The position numbers and the translations under genes were made by a program. The notes under the pieces were generated by a model. That model worked only from the letters and a program-made list of their open reading frames with translations. It was not told where the DNA came from and searched no databases. Shown piece by piece: positions 39,467 through 52,778 of a stretch of 64,000 bases of DNA (position 1 is its first letter; each line of letters opens with the position of its first letter). The stretch spans positions 10,726,001-10,790,000 of the forward strand of contig NC_043018.1 in assembly GCF_006345805.1 (NCBI RefSeq), read 5' to 3'. Origin of the DNA: Octopus sinensis. Lineage: Eukaryota.

Positions 39467-39729
39467 TTAGGGTGTCAGATAAATTCATTGTTTTGTTGGT
39501 TTTTTCACTTATTTTAATCTTTTTTAATGTTATCTGAATTAACACGAAAAATATTTCTATCGTATTTTACGGAAGTGGTTTTGTACTGTTTTCACTCTTC
39601 AACTTTTTACCGTTTTTTTTTTTTATAATTTGAATAAATTTGGGCTCTTTTCACACACGTGACGAGGAGTAATGTACCAGGTAAAAATAAATAAATAAAA
39701 CGAACATTTAAATTAATCTGATAACTCAA
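39467..39729. mobile_element. Degenerate mariner-derived MITE
   Basis: TA|TTAGGGTGTCAGATAAATT...AATTAATCTGATAACTCAA|TA imperfect TIRs. Confidence 0.5.
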
Positions 39730-39737
39730 TACATAAT

Positions 39738-39894
39738 AATTGCAGCGTGGAAGGTGTTTATAAGCCATTTAAGAAACACACAAAACCGTTAGATTCCCTT
39801 CAACATTTAAATTTAATTTGTCAAAATATTTTCGTGAATCTAACGGTTTTGTGTGTTTCTTAAATGGCTTATAAACACCTTCCACGCTGCAATT
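39738..39894. repeat. Perfect 59-bp inverted repeat with 39-bp spacer
   Basis: 39738-39796 is the reverse complement of 39836-39894. Confidence 0.9.
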
Positions 39895-40700
39895 GTTTTC
39901 GTTCCAGCACACGATCTCTGATCAAGTCACTCGCTATGCAAGTACATCAATATATAATGAACTATCAAATTCACCCTAAATCAGGCGTGGGTACCCCTTT
40001 TCGAGAAGCGGGCCGCATGAGACTTGGTTCACCACCAGGCGAGCTGTAATACAAAAAAAAAAAAAAAAAGAGGTTTACCATTCACAAAGTTCCTCGGGCC
40101 GCAGGTTGTACATGACTGACCTTCGCCAAACTTTGTGCCTCAGGGTGAATAGTGAGGGGAAAGCGCTGACCCTAAGCGATGGACATTCTAATCAGACTTC
40201 AAGAAATGTATTGCAGCAAGGTTTTTGTAAACTGTATTTTCTAAATCTAAGGTCGCAACCACTGAACAATGATGGGGGAGGGCCGTCCAGTGCAGACACA
40301 CACACACACCATAGCGATGGGCATGGTGGCCTAAATGTATTTTGAGTAATTTGCTAACATAAATTAAAACAACGGACGTCATAGAGAAAGGACCAAATAA
40401 ATTTGGGGAATTACAACATATACCTTATTGAAATATTCGCAGGAGTGACTGTGTGGTAAAAAGCTTGCTTCCTAACCACGTGGTTCGGGGTTCACACGTA
40501 AAAAGCCCCCACTACACTCACGGAGTGGTTGGCATTAGGAAGGGCATCCAGCTGTAGAAACACTGCCAGATCAGACTGGGCCTGGTGCAGCCTTCTGGCT
40601 TCCCAGACCCCAGTTGAACCGTCCAACCCATGCTAGCATGGAGAGCGGACGTTAAACGATGATGATGATGATGATGATTTTGGCGGAGCACGGCCTTTAC

Positions 40701-40734
<34 letters not shown>

Positions 40735-40743
40735 TTCCCTCTA

Positions 40744-40779
<36 letters not shown>

Positions 40780-40797
40780 CTAATATGTGTATATATA

Positions 40798-40844
<47 letters not shown>

Positions 40845-41445
40845 TATACATATTAGAGGGAAGCCATTAAGTGGACACCCATATGCTAGAAATAGATCCG
40901 CTATGGTCTTACCACTAAGAAATGTTCTCAAGAAAATTTCAGCAAAACAACCAAGACGTAATCGAGCAAGACAAAAGAAAAAGCAATAAAAATATGGATT
41001 ATTAATTAAATTAATATCTAATTTCTCCCCCTCATTTTAAATTTAAATTTAAATTATTACGTTCTCTAACCGGCAAAGGGCCACTGCAGTAAAGTATTTT
41101 CTGCAGCATAATTTTTCCCGGTAATTTAGCGCGCCAAAACGAGAACATTTGAAATAGTAACCACGAGTGTAATAGGTAGAACTGTTTACAGATCTGACTT
41201 TGTGCGGACGTCCTAGTATGCAGCCCTGCAAATTATATTCATCTGGACGGTCATACCGATGATCTACGGACATTTACGTAAGTAAAATTACGTAATATGT
41301 TAATAGTGAAACATGTATGCGAATAATCCATATTTTTATTGCTGGAGGAACATTCTTTGACAGGAGACAGACAAGAATGCGTCTGGTCTGTGCAACAGAC
41401 CGAAATATATGTATGTAGACACGTATGTGTGTGCGCGTGTATGCA

Positions 41446-41518
<73 letters not shown>

Positions 41519-42324
41519 ATATGTGATATGAGATCATAGTTTCATTTTTAATAATTTCACTATTAATAGTTTCACTGTGCATATATTATATAGAAAGTGG
41601 AAGTATTGATAGTGAAACTATTAAATCTGAAACTATTATTTCACATTACAATAGAGATGTTATTGTTTCACTTTTGACACATAATATTGAAACAGTTTAA
41701 GAAATTGCTTTGGATTCGCATTAGGCAAGAAGCTGAATATTTTTTGGCTTAGTGTATGTGTAACATTTGAATGAAATCGGTTGGGTTGTTCTCGAGTTTT
41801 AGTGATGTATACATACAGACACACATACACACACACACATATTCTCAGTTTTATATATATAGTTATATATAGGGGGTGTCTATGTATCTACGTGTGTACA
41901 TCCTTGTGTTTTTTTGCATCACCACTTGATAACTGATGTTGGTTTGTTTACGTCCCAATAACTTAGTGGATCATCAAAAGAGACTTACAGAATAAGTAGC
42001 AGGTTTAAATAAACAAGTACCAGGGGGGGGGTCATTTGTTTGACTAAAAGCCTTAAAGGCAGCGCCCTAGCAAGGCTGTAATCCAGTGAGTGAAACAAGG
42101 ACGAGATAAAAAGATGTACTCAAAGAAAACATTCTGAACAAATCTTTGAATAAGATGGGGGTTATTTTTATGTCTTTTTCTCTCGTTTCTGCTGTTTCCA
42201 AATCTTCAATCCCTCTCTTACCTTCTTCCTCTCATTAAATTTTAATCGGAAGATTATTTGGTCAGGCATTTCATAATCCCTCCAACAAATAGAATTGAAA
42301 GATAACTAAAAAAATAAACAACAT

Positions 42325-42694
42325 AGGTGTAGGAGTGGCTGTGTGGTAAGTAGCTTGCTCACCAACCACATGGTTCCGGGTTCAGTCCCACTGCGTGGCA
42401 CCTTGGGCAAGTGTCTTCTACTATAGCTTCGGGCCGACCAAAACCTTCTGAGTGGATTTGGTAGATGGAAACTGAAAGAAGCCTGTCGTAAATATGTTTG
42501 TGTGTCTGTGTTTGTCCCCCCATCATCGCTTTACAACAGTGAGTTTACGTCCCTGTAACTTAGCGGTTCGGCAAAAGAGATCCGATAGAATAAGTACTAG
42601 GCTTACAAAGAATAAGTCCTGGGGTCGATTTTCTCGACTAAAAGGCGGTGCTCCAGCATGGTCGCAGTCAAATGACTGAAACAAGTAAAAGAGT
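42325..42694 (+). mobile_element. SINE family A
   Basis: Consensus match. Confidence 0.88.
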
Positions 42695-43394
42695 AACATA
42701 TTTTTGTTCTTAATTTTTAATGTTTCAATATGCAAGTTCGATTCTCAACCAGGTCGATTCCTTTTCCCATTCCTCGGTGAATTACGCTGTCCAGAAAGTA
42801 AATACAAAGTCTTTTTTTTTTATATCAACATAATTGGATCCATTTTAAGCGGCATACCTACACAAGTGTACCCCAACCGAATTTGTTTCAGAAAAACGGA
42901 TATTGTTTAGTGAATGGATATTTTTTTAGGTACTGTGCGATTATATTGGAATTTAATGTGGAAACAAAATATTACGATACACATCACATAATTCAGTTTC
43001 ATTTTGTGGGTATCTTTTATGATGTCTCAGTATGTATGTGTGCGAGCAGAATCGTTAGCATGCCGGACGAAATGCTTAGAGACATTTCTTCCGTCTTAAT
43101 GTTTCTGAGTTCAAATTTCGTCGAGTAACTCCTTTTATCCTTTCGGGGGTCGATAAGATAAGTACCAGTCAAGCACTGGAGTCGATGTAATCGGCTTGAT
43201 CCTCTCGCCACAAACTCCAGTCTTTCTGCCTTAAGTAGAAATGCTTAATTTTCATGTTATTTACTCTGTACACGATTTGGAAACCCATTGTTTCATCTTG
43301 GGTTGTCCATTATGTTTGTGTCATGTCCTTTAATGTATCTTTGTATTAGCCTTTGTGGCCAATAAGAGAAGGAATTATTATTATTATTATTATT

Positions 43395-43592
43395 GGCGAA
43401 AGTAAAGAATACGTTCACCCGGTGGTTAGGGTTTAGGTTTAGGTTTAGGGTTAGGGTTTAGGGTTAGGGTTTAGGGTTAGGGTTAAGGTTAGGGTTTAGG
43501 GTTAGGGTTTAAGGTTAGGGTTAGTTTTAGAGTTAGGGTTAGGGTTTTTGTTACGCCGAAAACCGGTGGTGTACGTATTCTTTACCTCCGCC
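43395..43592. mobile_element. Mini-MITE consisting almost entirely of telomere-like (TTAGGG/TTTAGGG)n between ~30-bp TIRs
   Basis: GGCGAAAGTAAAGAATACGTTCACC.CGG ... CCGGTGGTGTACGTATTCTTTACCTCCGCC; sits in (ATT)n. Confidence 0.85.
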
Positions 43593-43594
43593 AA

Positions 43595-43656
<62 letters not shown>

Positions 43657-43658
<2 letters not shown>

Positions 43659-44065
43659 TTATTTTTATTTTTTCATTGTCGCTTTTGCTCTGGCAGGTGT
43701 TATACCGACACTATACCAAAAGAGCAAGCCATATCAAATGGCGAAAAAATTCTTTCGTTCATTCTTTCTTCAACTTTCCAACACCTTTCTCAGAGTCCTT
43801 GCTGTTTTCTGCAACAGACCGGTCCTGTTGGTAATTCATAGCTTCTCAAGCCATGCATCCAACCTTTTACTGACCGCGCCCAGTGCACCAACCACAATCG
43901 GTACCACTTCTATGTGCCTGAGTCTCTTCCATAGTTTCGCGATTTCCCATTTCAGCTTCTAATATTTCTCCACTTTCTCACTTTCCTCCCTCTCGTTCAC
44001 CCTGTAGCCCCACAATGAGGCAATATCCACAATAATTGCCTTGTTCTTTTCTACGATTAAATGTC
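43657..44065 (-). mobile_element. 3' fragment of an R4/Dong-like non-LTR retrotransposon (restriction-like endonuclease domain)
   Basis: Minus-strand translation AIIVDIAS...EKVEKY*KLKWEIAKLWK...VVPIVVGALGAV...LLQKTARTLRKVL is typical of RLE C-termini. The 3' end runs into (TAA)n. Confidence 0.75.
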
Positions 44066-45474
44066 ATTATTATTGTGTGAAAGAGTAATGCATGCCACCA
44101 AAGTGACACTGGGGTATAAATATACAAGGCCCGTTATGGCTACCCGTCTGATAAAGGTACACCAAACACACGCATCACAACCATATATATATACGCGACG
44201 TGGTGATCTTATATCAAGATAAACAGTTCATGATCTTGCAGGTGAGTCCCAGTTAAAATTTTCTTCAGGTTGAGTAGCCCATCTCGCTCAGAAAAATCCC
44301 TGAATAAGGGTTGTTTAAGGATGATGAACGAAACACCCATGTTTCCACGGGTGACTTATTTATTCAAACTCCTAAGAATTCCTCTCAACGCATAGCTACG
44401 ATGCTCCCCCACGACTCCTGTTCATGATCAAAGATGCACTTATCATCAGCCACTTAGGCACATGGTGGTCAATTGGTTAAGGTCAAGCAACTGACAAACA
44501 AACCTGCAGAATTGAGCAGAATATTTGCTGTCGGCCATCTTTTACAGAAAGACAAAACTTACACTTTAACACTTCTAATCAGTTAAGATCAGTCACTGCC
44601 TGAGATTGCATTATCATTATTTACATTAAATTCTGATATATAAAATTTATATCATCTGGAAAAGTATTTGTAGAAAATTTCATTAAGAAATTAATCCAGT
44701 ATTCTGAAAGTTATGACGAAACTAAAGCGGCGGGAGAGTGATGGGCATGGTTGGCACGCTTGTCTAGATATGTCGGTTAAGGTTTTACTTTGTTATTAAT
44801 CACCTCATAAGGAATTTAGTGGTTACAAGCTTTTATAACCATTATTTGGGAGCAAAAAAAAAAAAACCAAAAAACCGTAACTTTTTCAAATGTTCATCAT
44901 CTTAGCATCGTAGATTACGATTCTGCAAAAAGTTTTGAGGTTTTTGTTCCGTAACCTTTTCAGTTTTAACTTTCTTTTGAAAAAAAATAGCTATTTAAAT
45001 AAAACATCAAAGATGATTTTTCAAAATTACGCTTAACTTTTTCATAAAAGATAATCTGAGAAATTTTTCGAAGAAAAGTAAAAACTGAAAAAACAATGCT
45101 AAGAGGAGGGATACAATATACACCATTTTGTAATTTGATTTATTTCTCCATTTTGCAAAATCGTAATTATCCACATCTCAAAAGGTCACGGTTTGGGGCG
45201 TAGCAGATAATTTCCAACCCTCTTCTATAGCAATGCTAATATAATATAGATTTGCTAATGTGTATTATTATATTGTATTATATAACTATATTATATATTT
45301 AAATATGTTATGCATTATATATATATATAATGATATAATAATATTAATGTTTGTTCTTGTGTCAAGTTATAATAAAAACAATTTAATATTAAAGTTTCGG
45401 CCTGCTGACCTTCCTCGGACTGTCCGAGGAAGGCAGGTCGACACTTCGAAGTCGCTACTAATACTATTCTCCTT

Positions 45475-45568
45475 AATCTATCTATCTGTCTCTCTATCTA
45501 TTTATCTACCTACCTACCTATCTATCTACCTACCTATCTATCTGTCTATCTATCTATCTATCTATCTA

Positions 45569-45606
<38 letters not shown>

Positions 45607-45870
45607 TAGATAGATAAATAGATAGGTGTGTGTGTGTGTGTGTGTGTAAAGGCGGCGAGCGGGCAGGATAATTAGCATGCTGGGCAAAATGCTTAGCGCC
45701 ATTTCTTCCGTCTTTATGTTCTGAGTTCAAATTCCGCTGAGGTCAACTTTGCTTTACATTCTTTCGAGGTCGATAAGATAAAAACCAGTTGAGCAACTGA
45801 GATCGATGTAATCCACTTACCTCTCCCCTTAAATTGCTAAACTTGTGCCAAAATTGAAACCAATATTTAT

Positions 45871-45921
<51 letters not shown>

Positions 45922-45958
45922 CTATCTACCTATCTATCTATCTGCCTACCTATATATA

Positions 45959-46044
<86 letters not shown>

Positions 46045-46151
46045 ATCTATCTATCTATCTACCTACCTATATATATATATTCATATATATATACCTATCT
46101 ATCTATCTACCTACCTATATATATATATATATATATTATATAGATATATAT

Positions 46152-46197
<46 letters not shown>

Positions 46198-46209
46198 TAT
46201 ATATGTAAT

Positions 46210-46294
<85 letters not shown>

Positions 46295-46320
46295 GTATAT
46301 ATAATACATACATACACATT
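45475..46320. repeat. Compound (TA)n/(TCTA)n microsatellite field containing a SINE-B (45650-45868)
   Basis: Visible directly in the sequence. Confidence 0.9.
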
Positions 46321-47189
46321 CGCGTGCGCGCGTACACGCACACATCCTAGAGTCGCTTCAGTGGACTCGCAATACACTTTTGCCCAAACCATGTAAGAAA
46401 TATCCCATTACCTAATTTAACAAGTTTTAATTATTTCCTAAATTAAACACACACAAACAAACAAAAACATCATTGAAAACCCCCAAAAAGGAATCCTATT
46501 CTTAAACGAATTGTTTCCTGTATTTGAATTTCGTGGCTATTTCTATATAACTATGCGAGTCCATTTAGGTGTCAAAAGTATGAAACCTTTTAATTGTGTC
46601 GTGAGGGAGGAGGGTTTTCATGAAAGGGGAGAGAGAAAGGGCTGGGGTCAAAGCAGCTGAAATTGTGATGTTGTCATACATATATACATCGCATAAAAAT
46701 GATATTTCAGCTGCCAGTTTTAGGAAAGAAGCGGTTTTCTTCTTATTTCTTATTTATTCTTCATGCCGTATCACACACACACACACACACATTCACGCAC
46801 ACCACACACACACATTCGCGCACGCACACACATGCACACACACGCACATACACACACACACATTCACGCACACACACACACACATTCATGCGCACACACA
46901 CACATTCACGCACACACACACACATTCACGCACACACACACACACATTCACGCACACACACACACACACACACACACATTCACGCACACACACACACGCA
47001 CACATTCACGCACACACGCAACCTTAATAAACAACCAACTTTGACACGAGCCAACAGTGGAGCCTTTCTCTTTCTACCGAGTCATTCTACATGCTAGAAA
47101 GAGCAGCCTATTCCTTAAATCCTTAAAAATGTTTTCAGCCCGAAGGCTGCGGCCATGCTGGGGCACCACCGTTCTTTGGTCGTATCACA

Positions 47190-47720
47190 TTATGAAATAG
47201 CAATCTATTCTCCCTCAAATCACACCTTATGAAATAGCAGCCAAATCTCTCACAAACCACTAACTATGAAATAGCAAGCAAATCTCTCTATGAAATAGCA
47301 GCTAAATCTTCCTCAGATCACATCCTTTAAAACAGCAGCCAAGTCTCCCCTAAATCACACCCCACGAAATAACAGCTAAGTCTCCCTAAATCACATCCTT
47401 TAAAATAATAGCAGCCAAGTCTCCCCTAAATCACACCCCACGAAATAACAGCTAAGTCTCCCTAAATCACATCCCATAAAATAACAGCTAAGTCTCCCTA
47501 AATCACACCCTGCAAAACAGTAGTCAAATCTTCAAATTGCACCCTACGAAATAGCAGCTAAATCTTTAAACCACATCCTACTATCTAAAACAAAAAAGGA
47601 CACATTTAATAATGTAGTCCCAGATAGACAGAAAAGGGGTCTGGTCACGGTCGTATGCCCTTTTAAATTTTTTTTATAGATCTGTCTAATCAGGACTGAC
47701 CTGTGGCTAAACTACAATGG
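47190..47720 (+). repeat. ~33-bp tandem array (GAAATAGCAGCCAAATCTC.C.AAATCACACCC) amplified from dispersed repeat family E
   Basis: About 12 units. Single copies of the motif occur at ~662, 5486, 5612, 47893, 48127, 52661, 58281 and on the minus strand at ~49465 and 49715. Confidence 0.8.
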
Positions 47721-48599
47721 TTTATAATTTAGGCCTGAAATTTTGAAAGGGCGTTGGTCAATACTATTGACTCCAGGGGGATAAAATATAAAGTTGACCT
47801 CGGCGGGATTTGAACTCAGAATGGGAAGTGCAAGGCATTTTTTCCCCGACATCAACAACCATCCCTCCTTCAACCGTGGTCGGTCACCGTGCTAGAAATA
47901 ACAGCCGCGCACTCTTCCGTCTTTAAATAAAAATTTTAAAAAAAGGTCATATAAAGTAAAGTATAATCTCAAATATATCAGAAGTAGGTGTGGTCATGGT
48001 TGGATGGTTTTGATAATAGATCTGTGTATTTAGGATTGGCCTGGGACCAAAGCACAATAACAATAACAACAATTATCTCTCCATCAACCAACAAGGGAGC
48101 CTTTCTATGTGGTCGTTCAACGTTCTAGAAATAACAGTCAAATCTCTCTCAAATCACAGCAAACGACACATTGGATATTGTAGTCCTAGATACACAATGT
48201 CTTAACACAAAATAAAATGGTGACGGCTGCAAAACCTTTTTATTAATATCTTTTAATTCAGCAACGAAAATGACGTTGGACTGCGGCCATGCTGGGGCAT
48301 CGGTTATCTTTTACTAGTTTCAGTCAGAAGACTGCGGCCATGCTAGGGCATTCATTGCCTTGATGAATTTTTTAATCGAATGAATCGTACTTATTTTTTT
48401 GCTTAAGCCTGGGTACTTATTCTATCGGTGTCTTAAGTTACGAGGACGTAAACACACCAACAACGGCTGTTCAGCAGCAGTGAAAGACAAACACAGACAC
48501 AACACTCATATATGTAATATATTAGATATGAGTGTTGTGTCTGTGTTGGCCCTCACTGCCACTGTATGTGTGTGTATATGTATATATGTATATATATAT

Positions 48600-48808
48600 A
48601 CTCTTTTACTTGTTTCAGTCATTTGACTGCGGCCATGCTGGAGCACCGCCTTTAGTCAAGCAACTCGACCCCGGGACTTATTCTTTGTAAGCCCAGTACT
48701 TATTCTATCGGTTTCTTTTGCCGAACTGCTAAGTGACGGGGACACAAACACACCAGCATCGGTTGTCAAGCAATGCTAGGGGGACAAACACAGACACACA
48801 AACATATG

Positions 48809-48840
<32 letters not shown>

Positions 48841-49095
48841 CATATATACGACGGGCTTCTTTCAGTTATATATAAATTTAAAATAATAAGGGTGAAAAAT
48901 TGGATATTAATCAAATTATTGATTAATATCAATTTAAAACCAGTGGCCTAGCATGGGCTTCCTTCAGTTTCCGTCTACTAAATCCATTCACAAGGCTTTG
49001 GTCCACTCGAGTCTTTACTAGAAGACTCTTTTCCAACATAAGCAGGTTTCAAACTATGTTTATTGGGGAACAAACTTACCACACAGCCAAACTTC
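48600..49095 (-). mobile_element. SINE family A interrupted by an AT-rich insert with duplicated GGGCTTCYTTCAGTT
   Basis: Duplicated segment at ~48852 and ~48955. Confidence 0.75.
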
Positions 49096-50234
49096 CATTT
49101 TAATTCTCATTTTATTCAACCGACAGACATTTATTTAAAATCTGCAGATTTTTTTTTATTCGTTAATTAAATATCTATTTATTGTTGTTGTTTTCTTAAT
49201 TACTTGCATCAAATATCTTTTGAAAGATTTATTAAAAGACTATAATGTCATGAAATAAAATTACCCGGGTAATATAAAGAAAAAAACTAAATGGTTGTGT
49301 TGTTTAACCCAGAGTCGACTCCCAAAGAGATGACCTTATAACAAGGACTATCTATGACCAAAAACATTCTGGCCATGACCATCCGTCCTTATTCCATGTT
49401 CAAGGAACTCCCAAACACAATATTCAGTGAGTTCTTTATTTTCAAAGTGGTAAGGATCGGATTTGAGGGAAATCTGACTGCTGTTTCTAACAGGTCGACT
49501 AACCACATACACCACCACCACCATAACCTATGTTGGTGATGTATTTTAACCCCAGGTCCGCTTCTAACCCAGCATTCCTCTGATCAACCTAGACCTTCCA
49601 GCCTCGACCGTTTAATTTATTTTATTTTCTGCCAAGATTACGCTACTTTATACGAGCTTATTTTATATATTTCTTTTTTATTCAAGGAGAGTAGGCTGTT
49701 ATTCAAAAGGAGTATTTAGCTACTATTTCTAGCGCTGACACTAGTTAATTCTTTTAAAACAGGAGTGTGTCCTTTAAAAGCATATATGACTTCTATTTCC
49801 AGCATTAGTATTCGACTGAATGTTTTATTAAGCTAACATCGATAGCAGCCTATCTGGGACTGCTTTATATAAAGTGACCTTCCTTTTTAAAGACAGGAGT
49901 GTGTGCTTTAAATGTATATTTAACTGTCATCTCTAGCACTGGTCTTCCATAGTGAATGCTTGATAAGGTTTAAAACATTGAGGCGCCTCTTATAGAAACA
50001 TAAATAAATTATTATTTAATTAAAGTTGGCTGCTAATTAGGATAAGTAAAAAGAAACTTAAAGAATATATACAACATGTATGTATATACACGTATACACA
50101 CAAACACACTTTGGATTCTATTCCCCATAGCAAAGTATCTGTCCCATTAATTAGATTTTTAAAAGGTTCAGAAATGTTAAAGAACAAAAAAGCGTATTTA
50201 TTCTTCGTTTAAATTAAAATTAACGTTCAAATTA

Positions 50235-50560
50235 TATATATACATAAATTCTATATGTACATATACATACACATACACACACACATTATATATATATATA
50301 CTTACACACACACACATATATATATATACTTACACACACATATATATATATATATACTTACACACACACACATATATATATATATACTTACATACACACA
50401 CATATATATACTTACACACACCACACACACATATATATATATACTTACACACACACACATATATATATATATACTTACATACACACACATATATATATAT
50501 ATACTTACATACACATATATATATACTTACACACACACACATATATATATATACTTACAT

Positions 50561-50591
<31 letters not shown>

Positions 50592-50594
50592 CTT

Positions 50595-50660
<66 letters not shown>

Positions 50661-50705
50661 TTACATACACACACACACACATATATATATATCTCTCTCT
50701 ATATA
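50235..50705. repeat. (TA)n/(CA)n compound microsatellite with an ATACTTACA repeat unit
   Basis: Visible directly in the sequence. Confidence 0.9.
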
Positions 50706-52213
50706 TAATGCTTGTGAGACAAAAATATTTTCCTATCTCCTGTTTTCTTGTTTCGATATATATTTCATATAAATCAAAACTGGACGACCATTATTTTATG
50801 CCTTATCTTATATTTCATATATACATGATATTATATATATATAATTACATGCATACACCCATATATGCATGAGCGTGTGTATATGAATGTATATAAAATT
50901 TGAAACAGGATGTTTTTTTGCTAATTAAAACAGCGAACTTTAAGTAAAAGGACTCAACACATCAGAAAAATTGTTCTGCCAATTGTTTTTTATTTCTAGA
51001 TTTAAAATAGATTTAAAATCTACCATATTTCTTTCGTTTCCTTTAATCAGTTTGTCAACGATAATTACAAATTATTTTGTCCATAATTAATAAAATATTC
51101 ACACTACTAAAATATATTTTTGCGTATCCACTTTTAATCATAATGAGAACTTTGTTCTGCTAGAAATAGAAGCGGTTCTATAGTTCCTTCAGTTTATACA
51201 TTAAAATCTCTTTTTTTTTTTTTTAAATTGAAGCATACATTGTGTCTGAAACTAAAATAGGTTGACCCCCAAACCCCTTTAATTTAGACACTAAAATTTA
51301 TTTAAAAACCGAAAGGACACATTTGGATGATGTACCCCCAGGTACATTGCCTGAAACTAAAATGGGAAGGTCAGTGGTTAGAAAACTTCTGATCAGACGT
51401 ATGTCAGACCAGGGGTTAAAAAAACAGTTTTTCATAAGCAGAAATTAAGGGAATTTCTTGGTGCGGCATTTTATCGACCCAAGGAGGAGGACGAAATATA
51501 AAATCGACCCAAGTCATATTCGAACAACTAAAAGTCTTAACAAAATTTAAAGCTTTCTATCGACTGACATTTTTTCTGCAAATCTATCTACATTTTCTGT
51601 CACTCATAGTGTTTAAAAGGTGGGAAAAGGCATGAACAACACCGCATCACATTCCATATTTATTATAATACATGGCAGAGACAGAGAGGGAGGGGGTCAG
51701 TTTTTAGGGAGTAGAGAAGTCTGTGTGAGGGGGGAGGCGGGAGCGGTGTAGCTGTGTTACACAGTTTGTCCCTCTTCACCGTATTTCAAATTTACCGCGT
51801 AAATACCAGCGCGCGTGCGCACATACGCATACACACACATACACACACACACACACATACACTTCTACACACAAACACACGCTCCTGCTCTTACAGCTTT
51901 TCTCTCTCTTATCTGCCACTCGCTCTTCTTTCCCTATCTTTCTCCCCCCGTTCCACTCTCTCTCTATCTTTCTCTCTTTCCTCTACCCTCAAACACTCGT
52001 CAACGCCCCCTTTTTTTAACTTCTTTGGTTGACAATTTTCCCTCCACCCCTGCCTACTCCTCTTCCTACACCTATCCCCCCCCGATGCTGCACCTCCTTC
52101 ATTTCTCTCTACTCCTCCTCTGCCTCAGCTGATAGCTATCGTTTTACTTTCTACTTATTTTATTCATTTATTTATTTATCTATTTAATTATTTATTTCAG
52201 CAGCGTCTGTCTG

Positions 52214-52248
<35 letters not shown>

Positions 52249-52281
52249 AACACACACAGACACACACACATTTACACACAA

Positions 52282-52314
<33 letters not shown>

Positions 52315-52504
52315 CACAACATCAAACACACAAACACACATACAAACACACATACACATATACACACAAACACACACGCAGCACACACACACAAACACAC
52401 ACACGCACACACACATACACGCAGCACACATTCTTTCTGAGATATGATAAACACACATATCCAGAAATGAGACACACATACACATATATAAATCTCTCTC
52501 TCTC

Positions 52505-52535
<31 letters not shown>

Positions 52536-52778
52536 CTATACATATATACATATACTCATGCATATATGCACACATACATCGATACATATATACATATGAA
52601 TAACCAGACAAATGAACCAACACCAACAGGGAGTAGCCTCTGTGTAGTCGTGTGACTGCTAGAGATAGCAGCTAGAAATATCCTACTCATCACATCTTAC
52701 TTAAAAAGGGAAAGACAAGTGTGAAAGCAAAATAGTATGGCCACACTTGATGTAACTGAACAACACATACAAAATTTC

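Noticed and set aside
43414-43545. True chromosome end or telomere fusion
   Set aside because: Short, degenerate, single-orientation array enclosed by TIRs in mid-window.
46708-46725. miR-22/miR-745-like AGCTGCCAGTT
   Set aside because: Only a seed-region match, and its position relative to the hairpin does not fit a pre-miRNA arm.
51690-51820. GC-box-containing promoter-like patch
   Set aside because: No associated exon, TATA/Inr spacing or splice donor could be identified.
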